Shown here: positions 1 through 14,900 of the stretch, one piece after another
How the letters are laid out: each line of letters opens with the position of its first letter
Numbering within the stretch: the first letter of the stretch is position 1
DNA from: Phoronis australis
Lineage: Eukaryota; Animalia; Phoronida
NCBI GenBank assembly: GCA_002633005.1
Contig: NMRA01000279.1
Span: 73,233-137,232 of the forward strand
Reading direction: 5' to 3'
Length of the DNA stretch: 64,000 bases
Position numbers and translations under genes: made by a program
The notes under the pieces: model-generated
What the model was told of the DNA's origin: nothing
The model's database searches: none
What the model saw: the letters and a program-made list of their open reading frames with translations, nothing else

Positions 1-216
1 AGTTATTCCGAAACTTTCAGATAACTTGTCTTTTATTGACTGATTCCTCGCTGAACTTTTGTTTGTTGACCTTTTACTCTGCAAGGTCGTGTGTCATTTT
101 TGTCGTCATCATGCACACTCATCTTCATCATCCAACATTTTCATCGCCGTGTTTCATTCAGTTTTCATCAAGTTTTAGTTTACAAGACAGTACCTGTGTT
201 CCTTGTTTTTTTTCTT

Positions 217-261
217 ACCATCATCATCGTCACCATCATCACCATCATCATCACCATCACC

Positions 262-293
<32 letters not shown>

Positions 294-725
294 CACCATC
301 ATCATCATCACCATCATCATCATCACCATCATCATCATCACCATCACCATCATCACCATCATCATCATCGTCACCATCATCATCATCATCATCACCANNN
401 NNNNNNNNNNNNNNNNNNNNNNNNNNNNNNNNNNNNNNNNNNNNNNNNNNNNNNNNNNNNNNNNNNNNNNNNNNNNNNNNNNNNNNNNNNNNNNNNNNNN
501 NNNNNNNNNNNNNNNNNNNNNNNNNNNNNNNNNNNNNNNNNNNNNNNNNNNNNNNNNNNNNNNNNNNNNNNNNNNNNNNNNNNNNNNNNNNNNNNNNNNC
601 ATCATCATCATCATCACCATCACCATCACCATCGTCACCATCATCATTATTGTCATCAGCACAATCATCATCATCGTCACCATCATCATCATTGTCATCA
701 GCACCATCATCACCGTCATCGTCAC
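217..725. repeat. (CAT/CAC)n trinucleotide microsatellite interrupted by an N gap
   Basis: Direct reading: catcatcaccat... on both sides of the N run at 398-599. It accounts for the poly-His, poly-Ile, poly-Ser, poly-Asp and poly-Met ORFs in the track. Confidence 0.95.
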
Positions 726-2164
726 AAGTGCTAATCATGACTGTCATTTGTCATTCAAAAGCTTCTTGAGTTCTCCTGAAGCAAAGTAAGTTTCAATGTT
801 GACTTAAAAAGTAGCAGGCACCATGTTTTGTTCTTTTCTTGTTTGTGTCGGTTCGAACACTGCGGTTCCTAACCATTTGAAAACTCTAATGTTACTCATG
901 AAAGGTGTTTTTCTGCATCTGGTGGAAGGAGACGTTGAACTTTTCACACATTCCACTGTTCTGCTTTGAATATATTAGCATTTGCATTTTTCTTGTTATT
1001 TGTGAATTTCTTTGTAAATAAAGATATAATTGTCCAAGGTAGTAGTAAAACAGTTTAAACACATCCGATCATATGAAGCCAAGGGAAAAGCAATCTTGAT
1101 ATTGCTACCATTGTTCTTATGTTTTTGTCGATATTTTTGATATTTGCATTTTTTTCAATTTTAGTTTGGCTCATTTTAATTCTGATAGGAGATTTGACTT
1201 CTTTGGGAATTCAATAAACATTCACATGAAATATTATGTTTTTTTATATTTTTTATTCTCCCACTTCAACATAAGCAAGGACAAAGGTATTGAAATACTA
1301 TGGTTATGAAAATGCCAGGATATTGTATTTCAACACAGTAATTGTCTTGAGTCATGGATTTCATTGAATTCCATCGTGATTTTTTAATGACTTTCATTTT
1401 GATAATTATTGGATATGTTATGTCTGTGATCAGCTTATCATGGTTATATTATTACTGTGCCAATTTGCTCTGTGCACTGGTTCTTGGGGGACACCTCTTG
1501 ATCCACGGCTCATTTTCCAGAGCATTTTTTAAAATAGAATTTCAGTTATTTGAAAACTATTAAAATTTTCTTTTATTTCCAATGAATAATAATCAGGCTT
1601 AGTATCTTAATATAATTTTCAATGTATGTTTTTCGTTTTCTAATGTGATGTGTACTCATTCCTCGACTTCAGAGTCAGACTCATTTTGGAAGCTTTGTTT
1701 TGGTTTGTGTGCATTCATTCTTGGCCAAAAGAGGGCAGTGTTGTCATGTTTCATATTTCCCAATTGATGGATGAATCTGTTTTTTTTGAAGTTTTGTCTT
1801 CCGTTTTGGACATTTTATCTTTTGATATTCATATTTTGAACATTTGGTGTTTCTCTTGTCTTTGATGGTACAAGTATTTTATTATACTGATAGGTTTATT
1901 GATAATTCATTTATATAGGTCAACTTTTATTTAGGTCAAATAATATATCGTTTTATTTGTCTTTTGTATTTGGCGTATAGTTGATTATAAAGGTAGTTTT
2001 TGTATTTAGTAAAATTAACCTGTCAAAAATGTCCCTATGCATTATAAGAAATTTATAATTAACGTATTGTTATAAGGAACAATTTCAATGCTATATGCCC
2101 AAGTAATACCAGTTTAGTGTTCATATCAGGTCATCTCTTATATGGCTTGGCCCCTTAGTTAATC

Positions 2165-2306
2165 AGCTTTGCGCAGTGGCGGTACCATAGCCAATGAGGT
2201 TTATCCGAGGCGTGGTTATTGCTAGTTGAAAACTTTACCCAATACCCCGCGCTGACGACGTGAAATACCGTCGGCATGCGCAATTTTTGTACGCCCCTAC
2301 GGGGGC
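2165..2306 (+). ncRNA. U4: U4 spliceosomal snRNA
   Basis: AGCTTTGCGCAGTGGC...GCCAATGAGGTTTATCCGAGGCG...ATTGCTAGTTGAAAACTTTACCCAATACCCCG is collinear with remembered metazoan U4. Sm site AATTTTTG at 2282-2289. Terminal hairpin GCCCC-TACG-GGGGC. Length ~142 nt. Confidence 0.95.
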
Positions 2307-2925
2307 AACATTACCAATCAAGTTAATGACCTAAACAACTGAGAAGTTGGAACTGTTCCTTCTATTTATTTTAAGAACTAAAGTGGTTGTCTTGTGTTTG
2401 TGGCACGGTTGCTCGTTCGAAGTTTGACCTTCAATGTGCATTTTTGAATGCCTTGAAGTTGGAGTTAATGATTTGTGTTGTGATAGGATTTCTTATTGGA
2501 GTATCTTATTTACTTCTTGTGTTTACATTTGAAGCACACATGCTCACTTAGCTTGTAAGAACACAGCAATTATCCTTTGCATTTACTCGGTCATGTATAA
2601 ATGCGAAGTGAAACTTGAAAGATCCACTTACTATTATTTGAAAAAAATTACTGTAAACCTACACTCTGTCAAAGAAATGAGCCTATGAGACTATTGGCTG
2701 CTTCATTAGTCCATGCCCGGCATACAAAACGAAACCGTTCTCTTAAAGCAGACATCACCTCCAATTTGACTTAGGAAAATTTGAGATCATAGCTGAACTG
2801 AAAGGAGTCTAAACCAAAAAAAAATGATTCTTGTGTCGGAAGGTGGGGTATAACCATTTTCAGACATTTCTGTAGATAATTTCTGTACTGTGAAATGATT
2901 TTACCAATAGTGTTATTTTCTGCAG

Positions 2926-5900
2926 TGCACAGCAGTTTCCTGGGTGGTAAAAAAGACTATTGGGACTACTTTTGCGCATGCCTGTCATCGGTGAAGGGGG
3001 TTAGAGATGGTATAAAATACGTCAAGTCTATCGCTGAGGTAAGTTGGTGTGAAATCATGGTTCCACACGCAAATGTCGTAAAGAACTAAATGGAAATCTC
3101 ACACTGTTGGAGATTCAGATCACAGGGAGATCATGCACAGTGGTAGATCTAGGATATTGTGGGGGGGGGGCAAACCACAATTTTGAAGTAAATTGCGCAT
3201 GAGAATCTTAAGTTAAGGGTGAGGGCCAGTGCCCAGCTACATGAACCGGTATCAGATAGGGACTTGACTCTATTGTGTATTTGTGGACTTCAGAAACGGC
3301 GATTGTCCTGTTTTAGTTTCATTACTGTGCCAATTTTTGGCTTTCATACTGACAAATCATGAGTGAACGCTGCGTTGAATTCTTATTATTATCAAAAATA
3401 AATGGGAATCTATCCCTGCAGTCCCTATTTATTTTTATTGAACTCGGGACCCAGTTTTTAGTTATGTAATTAGTAAATGTCATTCGTTAAAGAGGAGCTC
3501 ATAATATAGATGGAATTACAGAAAAAGATTTATATCTGTGGGTAGATTTAAGGAACTTGGTTGAGTTCCTATTTGGAACTGTTTCACGCAACTGGGCACA
3601 GGCTCCCTGGGTCCCCCCTAAATCCACCTTTGAGATGAGTTTTGCTTCAGTGATCATAAGCTCTGTAGGTTACAGTCGTTTTCATGTATGATAGCAGAGG
3701 AGCATCCGTGGTGCTCAATAATGCTAACTATAAGCCATATGTGTGTATCACTGGACATGGGGCAGTGGAAGTGGACATTAGCCGAATATGGGTGTTCACC
3801 CAAAAGAATATTGGACTGTGCTTGGGGTAGGCCTACATTTCTATTTTTAATTTGTGGAAGTCACTTCAGTCTTAAGTCCAATTATCATACTTTCTGGGTT
3901 TTGGTAAAAACATTTTAGTCACCAAGGGGACAAAATATTCACTCATTGCACCAATCCAGTGACACCATCAACATTGGTATGTTTTGCCACAACACACACT
4001 GAATACTTTGATGATGATATCAAATCAATTCTGTCCTTTTGTTTGTAGCGGTAGGCTACTGTGGTAGGTCTTAATGTCACCATTGTTGGAAACTTTTGAT
4101 AATAAAATGTTTCTTTTTTGAGTCCAGGATCTCCACATCTCTGATCTGTGATGTTCCAAAGTTAGGAAAATTTGGGCATGTTTCTTGTGTAAACATAGCT
4201 CTCATTATGGCGTAAAATTTAATTTCATTATCCATTCTTAGTCAAATTTCCAAACAAAAACAATTCTTAAAACATTTAACTTCATTCTTATTATTTTTCT
4301 GTTTCAATGTCATTAAATGGGTCTTGGTACAACTTGTGTATTAGCAGAAGAGTAGAACTAGTAAGTCATTAAAAAAATAAAATTACAGTCTTAGCAATTG
4401 TTTTAATCCAAATTTGAAGAATTTTCATCGTAAGAAGTTTCCTGTCAAAGAGAGTACAATAAATGTGGATTGTTGCTGACTGCAGATTGTTGACCAAGGA
4501 TCACTCTGTCATCGGTAGTTATAATATTGCAAAACTGTTCCAGTCCTGTTTGTGAAAACCGTCATCATAATTTCAGTTGAAGACTTCCTTGGGTCGTGGC
4601 AGAGCTTTCATCCGTTTCTGCCTGGTTTATCAACGGTTGGCAGACTCATTACAGCAGTGTGTGATGAATGAGAGGCAGACGTGGTAAGTTGTCGTCGTGA
4701 CATCCCAGACCCCCCATCTGGCTGTTGTACTCTCTGACATTCTTTACTCTGATTATGCTTGCCTTCCAGACTAACTGCTGGAAAGAATGCTTGAGTGTTG
4801 TGTCTTTGTATTTGACTCAGCCAATTAACGTTTTTCAAACGAGCAACAGTTGAATATCAGGAATTTTCCTTTAAATATTTTACAGATTGCAGAGCTTGTA
4901 ATAAATTTTTCCTTGCTGATCATTTGTGCAACTACTAATTTGATAAGCTGAATTTTCAGGCAAAAAAACTTCGCTGATGAAAGAAAATTTTCAGATAAAA
5001 GTTCCAAATTTTTTTAGACCTCGGGTGGAGGTGTTGGCTTTACAGCACTATTTTCAACTTTTGGAGAAATGTTGCTTTCATGAAGGAAATGCGTATTAAT
5101 TTAGAGGTTTGTGGTCTGTATTTTTTTTATTTTCTGCTTGATAGCGAGTGGTTCAGACAGAAGTCAATATGGCGTCAGCGAAAGTACTCTTCAAGCATCA
5201 TCAATGCACTCTATGACCTCAACAGTGTTCAGTTTGACCTTGCTCCCAAAGGTTACGACCTTGATCTTTCGTGGCCTTCCTTTGCAAGGTGAGAGTCTGT
5301 TTCCAACTTATTACTTTGAGGTATTGTAAATAAATAACCAAATGTATTCAGTGTTTGACAAATACTAATGGGAACAGCTACAATTTTCTTTAAAAGTAGA
5401 ATGAGATCTTTCAGAGCTCCAGTCTTTATAATCGTATTTACTGCAGAATCAAAAGTTGTCAGTTACTTTTTTGTTTTTCAGTTATAAAGAAATTTAAACC
5501 CACATGTCAGTGCAAACTGGAGCTCTCAATAAAAATGATTTGATTTTCATGTTCTGGCGCATCTGTTGTCAAACTCTAGTTTTTGAGCTTCAGTTAACTA
5601 CCCAGGACATGGTGTTATGCAGTCCTGATTAACTGTCTGTTACCTCATGAATATTTACCATTTGAACTTAAGGTTGAGTCATCCTAATTTCTTTCTGCAG
5701 GAGACAACCTGGCACCCCTTATCGATGGAACGTTCCATTGAGTCGTACTTCCAGCATGAGCAGCCTAGCTAGTCAGGTGAGTCCTTGCTTTCTATTTTTG
5801 AATATCATTCTGAATGTCAATATAAGGTGCTACAATTTTACGTGGAATAGCTCACTCACCTGTGAGTGCACACTAGGCCCATGCGTCAACATTTGGAAAA

Positions 5901-8900
5901 TCATTTGCTTTTGTAGCATGTGTTGCAAATTTCAGTGTCTTGTGCAGTTTTACAAATTGGGCAGTGTCAGAAAAGGAACATGACTGTGTACTTTGACTTA
6001 GGATTGGATTTCTTAAAGAAAAGTATCTTTGAAATCTTTCCAGCTTGTTTTTTGAGCCAGATAAACACCTGAAAATCACGTGAAGTGTTTTCCTCTGATA
6101 TGTCCCTGTTTTGTAAAAATGCCCCCAGGTGCAAATTTGAGGTATTCGAAATATCGAAAAATGTCATTCCAAATGCCAAATGCCCTGGGCTCACTAAAAA
6201 ATCCAAATATGTTGAAATTATTGATATAAGCTGATGACACCTGCATAAAATTTTTCTTCATGATTTTTACTAGTCGTGATACTCACTTTTGTAAGAGACC
6301 CTGGTTTTTGTGGTAACAGGAAACGGATTGACTTTACGGAATCTGACTTCCCCCTTTGGATTCATAACCGAATTTCTATATTTCAGTATCAGATACCGTG
6401 TTTCTATAATTTTTGTGTTTAATTGCGCAAAATTAAAAATATAATTCATCAAATTTGTTTTATTCCGGCCACTAATCAATCAGCCATTAGTTTGCAGCAT
6501 ACACGTTCAAGTAGTTGTTCGTCTCATATTTTCCGGATTTTAAAAACACTAAACATTGCATGTAGTAAGGTATTCGTAAAAGGGAGATGCCGCGTAATCT
6601 AGCAGAAAAAGTAAAGCAATCCCAGGTCACACTTATATTAGTTGTCAATTTAAAGTACTGGGTAGTAATATGAAAACAAAATTTTAAAATTTATGAAACA
6701 GAAACATCAGAATTTTATGTTTGCTAAAATGGATTTCTCTGTTTTTGAAAACAGAAAATCAGGATCTCTATTTTTGTTCGTTGTTATTAAGTCTTTAACT
6801 TATCCACTTTATCTCTTTATCACCAGTTTACACCTCGTAGTGATATTAACAAAAAAACATAACAACTTTAGTCAAATCGTTATTTTAGGATCTCAACTCT
6901 TCCTTTGTGAAGCATGACGCCAGTATCGTCCAATCACCATTCAATATGAATGATTCTCAGACGGAGAAGTTAGAACAGGACATATCGAGAGCTGAGTCCT
7001 TACGTGCTGATCTCATGTTTAGGTAAGAACCTTTGTAAGGATTCGCCAGGGGTGCATTAAGGATTCATGAATTCCTCATTAAGGATTCATCAGGACCTCA
7101 TGGGCCTCATTAAGGATTTATGAGGTCCCCATACACCAATCTGCATGGATCTTTCATTAACAATGATGTACTGAAGGTCTCTTCTGTCAGTATTTTTAAA
7201 TAGGGATCAGGGACAAACATATTTAGTAAATACTATTGTAGTTGGAGCAAGATGGTCAATCCACAGGGAATTTTGTGAGCAATGTTCATTAGAATGGACT
7301 AAAACAGTCCTTGCAGCTCAACTTGTAGAATGAAGTCAGTTTGTTATTGGCCTTGAACTCTTTTCATGGTTTATTTATATTGATGTTCTAGGGACTTGTT
7401 GGAGTTTAATCATTGTTTCTATGATGGTATAATCCTGTGTGAAATCACTCTGTTTCAGTTTGAGTTTGACATCTGAAATGGCCCTGCATCAGGTTTCACA
7501 TAATAACGCGTGAAATTATCACCCTTACAAACCCGATTTTGTACACAAATTTAAAAGGTGGTCCTAAATGAGATTTTTCAATTCCAAGATTGGTTCAAGA
7601 CTAAGTATTTACACATGGACATGCAAAAGAATGTAAAAGTATGGTGAATGATATCAAAAATGAGAAGTGGCAGATTCTTTAGTTTCTCTAAATTCTTTTT
7701 CACACATCTAGGATTGAAGAGCTAGAGAAGGAAGTGGAGGATGCCCACCAGATGGCGATACAATCTGAAGAGAAATATATGCATGAACGACAAGAGAAGA
7801 ACAACTTAGATGTACAGTATGTATTGTGGTGCGATTATAGGGACATAGACAATTGTCGTGTATTCAATAACACCGACAAGTGTCGTGCATTCAACCAATT
7901 TTCCATATCGGAAAGGTTGCTCCCGACGTACTACCAATTTGAAGTATAAATATAAAAAATTGTCATATTAGAGGAGTCATGTTGTGAAATAATAGTCCTG
8001 TAGTCCAGTTGACTTTTATGATCAAAACTTTGAATCAGTGACCTTGTGAGTTTCTCTGTGAAAATTTATTGTCCCTGTCAGAGTTTGAACTCCAGGAGCT
8101 TGTGCTTTGATCTGTTGAGACCAGCAAATTAACCCAGATAATCAATTAAATTAAACGCTACATCACTTAATTAGTTCAGCTTGAATAGACATAATGTAAC
8201 CCTTAATTAGGGATGATTCTGGTTAATTTTTTTTTTTCAATTCAAAAACCTTTAGGTCACCTAGTATATGAAAATTGTCACGTAGCTGTTGACATTGATA
8301 TTATGACAGTGTCTCCTGAGAATTACATGATTCAAAATATTGAACAGGTGCCAGAAACTCAGTGGGCAGTTGGAGTTGATGGAACAAAAGTGGGCAGAGA
8401 AAGAGGAGGCGTGGCTATCTAAGCAACGAGACTTTCAGACATTGATTGACGAGTTGAACCTCAAGTTTGGTCTTATACGTTCTCAGCATGATGAAGCAGT
8501 CGCGAAACTTCAGCACAGAGAGAATGAACTTTTGGGAAAGCTGGAGGCTTTGGAAAAAGAAAGAGGTATTATAATAGGAATTCAATGGATCATATGAAAA
8601 GTGGATTTACTGGACCATTTTTGTGTGTTATTTTAAAGAAACATCTGTTGTATAATTTCTGCTACATACTGATGTGGTTAATTGATTTCTAGCCGTGCGT
8701 TTGCTTAAAGAGTTATTTTTTATAATTATATTTATAATCACATTGTGTGTGTATGATACTTTGTGTTGCTGTAAAGTGATAAATGTGAGGGACATTTTGT
8801 TGGCACTTGTGTTGCATGTATTCACCTTTTATGTTGTTGTCATTCAATTGTTGAATTTTGCAGGTGAATTGTCATTAGAAGTTCAGCGATTGCATCAAGA

Positions 8901-11900
8901 ATTGGAGAGCAAAACAGAAATGGAATCAAAAAATGCTGAACAGATTTCACATTTAGAAATAAAAGTTTCAGTGACAGAACAGAAATATCTAGAAGCCATT
9001 TCTAAAATGGAAAACCTAGTAGACGAGAAAGATTCCAAAGCCACAAGTCATTTAGACAGTGCCAACAAAGTTCAAGAACTTATTGAGAAACTATCTAATG
9101 CCGAGCGAAATAATATTGATTTACGGAGCCAAGTGGACGGGTTGGCTAGAAAACTTGACTCGGCCAAGACGGAGTTGTTGGAAAAAGAGGAATATAAAAC
9201 GCTAATGGCTGCAGGCTTGAGAGCTGCAGAAGGCAGCTTGGCTGATAAGGATGCAGAGTTAATGGAGGCGCAGCAGACAAGTGCAGACTTGAAGCAGACG
9301 TGTGCAGACTTGGAGCAGACGTTGAGTTGTGTGTCTAGAGAGAAGGAGGAATGTTTGAGTCAAATTAGTCGTCTAGAGGACACCATTAAGGTCGGCCAAG
9401 CAGAACATGAGGTAATTGACTGTAGGAATGTCATTTGATTTCTAGCTTATGATAAAAATTCTCCAGCTGTCTTAAGTCTCTTGTAATTAGGATGTCAAAA
9501 TTCAAACCGAAATTCACTTTTCTTTATTCTGGGCGATTTTGGTGTTTTCTTAATATTTTTCGAGTATCAGGCATTGTGTTGATTGTATCTGGAAAGAGAA
9601 AAAATTTGACAGTAGTTACCGATGCAACGTTTTAATGTGTCCCCATAGTGTGTGACAGCAAAGTGCATGATTGTTTGTTGTTGATGGTTACTCTTTAGAT
9701 TGGGGTTGTCCATGTTGCGTATTTAATAGTTGATCATTGACACTATTTACAGTATCAGTCGTAGTTGCATAAAAATTCATGGAACAAAATTAATTTTTGT
9801 TTCGTTTCATGTTGAAGGGACTGGCGGCCCAAGTGACTGAGTTTTCTCGGAATTGTACAATGCTGGAACAAGACAAAGTTGATTTGGAGTCGTCTTTGCA
9901 AAAAAGCTCCTCTGAACAGCTGGAAATGGCTGACCGATTGAAAGGCGCAGAAGAAAAAATGAGAAATCAAGCAAACTCGTTTGCTACAGAACGTTGTGAA
10001 TTCTTGGCGATGATTGAAAATTTGGAAACTGACATTTCGGGCCTACGATCTTCGTTAAGTTCTGTTCAGCAGGAGCTCCAAGAAGTGAATGCCAGTAAAA
10101 TTGCTGTGGAAACCAAACTACAGGCATCGGAATCTCGAAGCTCGGTTGAGAGGGAAAAGATGCAGGGCACTGTGCACGAAGTGACGGCGAAGTCGGAAAG
10201 AATAGCGGCGCTAGAGAATGATATTCATGCTGTTTCAGAAATGATAAATCTTTTGCATAGTGGCGAGTTGAGTGAAAGGCAGGTGAGTCGAGGACCAGTA
10301 CATAGTGTTGTTTGGCACTCAACTTTCCAAATATGACTTAGATATGACTTTAATCACCACCAACCCTTTTAAATCTATGTATATTACTGGGCTCCATTTA
10401 AGTAATGAAAATACTAAGTGAAGATCCCTTTTGGAACCAAAGAACTGTACCTTGATGTGGTAACGGCTGTATATTTAACACATCAAGGTACGGTTCTTTG
10501 GTTCCAAAAGGGATCTTCTCTACTACTTTTAAATGTGATTCTAAAAATCCTTTTGGCTAAGACGACATAAATTTATACCTTGTAAATGTTTTCGGCCTCT
10601 TTGATCGGACGGCCATCCTCAAACTGATGACTGTTGAACAATCGGACATGTCAGTCATCCGTTTAAGGATGGCTGCCGAATCAAGCACGCCTAAAACCTT
10701 CACGAGGTATAATTTTTTGTTGTCTATGCCAAAAGAATTTTCAATAGTCATTTTTATTCTGGCACTTTTAAAGTACCTTTAAATGATGCATGCCGTGGTG
10801 TCAAAAGCAACTCTTTTCATTGTCGTGTTTCTCTTCCAAAATTAGAATTTTCTTATCCTTTCTGTGTTGTGTGCTGTACTTTTTTGCAATTAATTGTCTT
10901 GATGACCACACTGGTTCAGGCTGAAACCAACAGGCTGTGACAATCCACTTAACTGAATGTTTGTTTAGTTGGCAGTTGTTTTATCATTGAAAATGAACAT
11001 TGAAACCATATACATTGAAGCTCACATGTTTCTGTTTGCGCTGCATGGGGATTGGATTGTTCATGTTCATGCAGTATCAGCTGTATTCATTTTCATGCAG
11101 TATCAGCTGTGTTCATGTTCATGCTGTATCAGCTGTGTTCGTGTTCATGCAGTATCAGCTGTGTTCGTGTTCATGCAGTGTCAGCTGTGAATGTCAACTT
11201 TCCTGTTCAAATCTCTTCTCATGTTCATAGGAGGAGTGATAACTTGAATTGCAACACATTTTTTTATCTAGTTATTGGTCTTTTTTATGACTGGAGATTG
11301 TTTTTGGACACCTAATTTGATTTTACTGTGTAGTTTATAGTTTAACCTGCTGTAGATCCTTGGTCTGTGTTTTGTAGACCCAAAGCAGTTATGAGAAAGT
11401 CTATTGTGATCATGTGCTTTGCTTATGTATTTCGATGAAGTCTTGCATAATCATGCGTTTTCATGATGTTCTTGTGTCTACGGAAAGTAGTCCTGCATTA
11501 CATTAGGAAACATTAGGTTTCATTAAATTTGGGACCCTCCAGCAGTGAAATGGACATTGCTTTTTGACTAGTATGATGTAATCATTGAACATGTTCATTT
11601 TAGGCAGTCAAGAGTTTTTGAAATTGTTGATTGATTAGTGGCAATATTTTTTTGTGGTTGTTTCAAGGGGTTGTCTGACTTTCTCGTTCCACTTCAACAC
11701 AAACTACTCGAGATTATGAGAGAAAAGATTTATGTACAGTCGCAGCTCAAAGAGGAACAAGACAGCAACGAAAAGAATGTCAAGCAGGTTTGTGATTTGT
11801 TTATGTTAGAAAATCCAATTGAAAAGAAATCTGCAATTTTCTTAAAAATTCAAAGGTTAAGGACTTAAGAGTTTAAATTATAGGGCCTTAGTTAAAATAT

Positions 11901-14900
11901 TCCAAGACACTTTCTACTTAGACTATCATGTTTGGTCAACACTATTTCTAGTGCAAGTGTATGTTTCTGGCCATCGAATACTTCTAATTACAGATTTTGA
12001 AACTTTTTAACAAAAATAGAATTTTTAAAATCCTAACATTGTAAAAATGTAGTCTTTCTTTTGCAAATAGTCAAAATACCAACCATTGAAAATTTAAAAT
12101 CAAAGTAGATTAATGTGTTTGACAAATAGAACTTTCGTGTTTTATTTTCTGGCAGATGTTCTACACAGAGCCAAAGTAACCCCTTCGATTACGCTTGCGC
12201 TATGTCACGTGTGCTCTCGCCAAGTTTTTGTGTTTCTGGGCATGCTCATTAAGAATATGACAGGACTTTACTGTAAATAGTTGAAGTGCACAAATTGCCC
12301 TTTTTCAGATTGATGTATTGCAACAGGAAGTGAATGATGGCCGACATCTGCTCACTCAATCACAACATGAAGCTGATGATCTGAAAGTACTTCTGAGTCA
12401 GCTGCAGGCCTCTGAAACTGATCTACAGTTAAAGGTCCAGAAATTATCATCAGCTGAAGAAGAAAGAAATGCTCTGGTTACCAGCACAGAGGAGATGAAG
12501 TCGAGCTTGACTAGTTTAGAGAAGGGGAACAGAGACTTGACGGAAAGTGTCAAAGAGAAAGATTTGGAACTGTCAAAGTTGAAAGCTTGCTTGGAAGAGA
12601 AGGCCAAGGAAATGGATGAATTGTCCTTGAGCAGTAAAAATGCTACTGATCAAGTTACGTCATATGCGGAACAGCAAAGTCTGCTATTGTCTGAGAACAC
12701 GAGTCTGAAAGAGAGGCTTGAACTGGTTGAAAGTGAACGTGATGGTTTGAATAGCCAACTTGTCAACAGCGAAAGGGATAGAGTGAAATTGGAGCAGCAT
12801 ATTCATACGATTAGGGAGTATTTTAGCGGTCATAGCAGTTGTGAGGACGAGGCTTTTGATGACGAAGACGAGACGGAGTGTAGCACCGGGATTTTAAAAC
12901 GATTTGAATTTTTACTGAAATGGAAAGATAAGTTCATTATGAACTTAGAAGAAACGGTTCAAACGATCAGCGATGAGAGAGACAGCCTTCAATTGGATTG
13001 TGACAACTTGAAAAAAGAGTGCGAAGAAAACGCAATGAAAATTGAAAATATCACGAAAGACTATGAGCAGGTTAAGAGCGATTTTGAAAATGTGTCTTCG
13101 GCTTTCAACTCCACTGTAGCTGAAAGAGATGAGATTACAATCGAAAAGGAAGACATGGAGAGGCAATTTAGTGCATCGAAGTTGGAAAACAACAGTTTGA
13201 AGTCATCGTTAGAGCAGTCATCAAATGGTACTCAGGACTTGGTTTTGACCATTCAGCAGAGAGATGTGACAATTTCAGATCTGACACAAACAAACCAAAA
13301 ATTGTCGCAAGATATTAACGAGATGGGGAGCCAAATTAAAACTTTGGAGGAACAACTCAGGGAAACCGAGGGAAGCCTGCGTGAAGCTTCTGATAAAAAC
13401 AAAGAACTCATGACAAACGAGTCAGTTTTGAGGGAAAAGGACAATGAGCTGGCGTCGGTCAAAGAAGAGAACACGTCTTTATTAACTCAAATACTCAACT
13501 CTATTGGGGAGAAAGAGGGGTTAGCTCAGCACTTGGAGATGTCGGAAGGCGAGAGGAAATCATTGGCAGAGAAAGTTGAGAGTCTTGAACAAGATCTAGA
13601 GTTGAGCGCTGGAGCTGTTGAGGAGTTGCGCCAGCGCCTCCTAGAGGTGGAAGATGAATATACTAGTAAAACCAGTCTACTTGAGCAAGAACTGTCCAGT
13701 GTCAAGTTTCAACTGGGTGCAGAGCAGCTTCAATATGAAACAGCCCTGCAGGTTTGTAAGACGAATAGTTGTTGAACCACAATCATTTGGTGTAAAAACT
13801 CGTCTGCTTGGTCATAAGTTGGCATTTCGATTGTTGGCTTGTTTGCTCATATCCTGCTGGTACAGCTTATTGTGTCAGTGATTCACAAATTAAAGCAGAC
13901 AACTTTTGTATGTAAACAGGTGACTTGTTTTACTGAGTTGTCATGGTTCAAAATGTTTGTAAGACTTGGGCAACTGGTAAGTGTGGCCCCTCAATAGGAC
14001 CACTTATTGTTGAACCACTGCAACCTGCAGTGGTTCAGATCAGACTACAACCTTGAATGTGTCAAGTCCTAAAGAAGTGATTAACCCACAATACTGCTCG
14101 ACAGTTTTCGGTGACATCTAGTCTCAACTGTGTGTTATAAATATTACGATCTTAATGAGTAGTAGGCTTCACATCTCATTGCTCTTCTCTCTGGCAGGGC
14201 TACAACAGTCATCAAGAGAACCTGTCGGAGATCATAGAGAAGATGTCCAATCAAGAACAGCTGATTCAGAGCTTGGAGCTACAGCTGGAAGACATCCGTG
14301 TTGAGCGAGACGTGGAGGCGGAGACTAAGTGGAAGGAGCTGGAGGAAGTGAAGTCAGAGGTCGAGGACAAGGGGGAGATGTGTAAGGTGATGGCTGACAA
14401 TGTGAAGCAGGTACGCCATCTGTTGGGAGATGTTTCGTTTTATTCTTTTGGCATTTTGTGATTGATAATTCCTTTGTGGCTTATTTAATTGCAAATTGAT
14501 AGGAGAAATGTGGAGTGATAGCAGACAACAGAGGTCATAAACTGGTCTTGATTATTAACAGAAATTATTATGACAAATTGTTCTTTTGACCTTTGAAGTC
14601 ATTGTCTTGGATTCACATTTGGTGGCAGTGCCCTGTGGCAGCCTTCCGCCGTTTGAACCAGCAATATATTTAAATGTTATTACACTTCAAAGTTGTTACC
14701 TGCTCTTTTGACAGGACGGTCATGCAAAACATAGTCAAATCTTTTAATATGAACTTTATACTGAATTTTTAATTACTTTGTGGTTAACTCTAGTTTATGT
14801 CAGTCTTTTTTATTGAAATTTTCTCGTAGCAATCAGTTTTCCCAAGCAAACAGGACATGCAGTAAAACACACAATTGAGACATCAATGATTGTGTAGAGA

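Noticed and set aside
36-789. Long poly-His/Ile/Ser/Asp/Met ORFs
   Set aside because: They are translations of a (CAT/CAC)n microsatellite across an N gap.
12843-12880. Second LIR in the acidic patch [10 protein letters not shown]
   Set aside because: It lacks the hydrophobic residue at the +3 position of the W/F/Y-x-x-L/I/V core.
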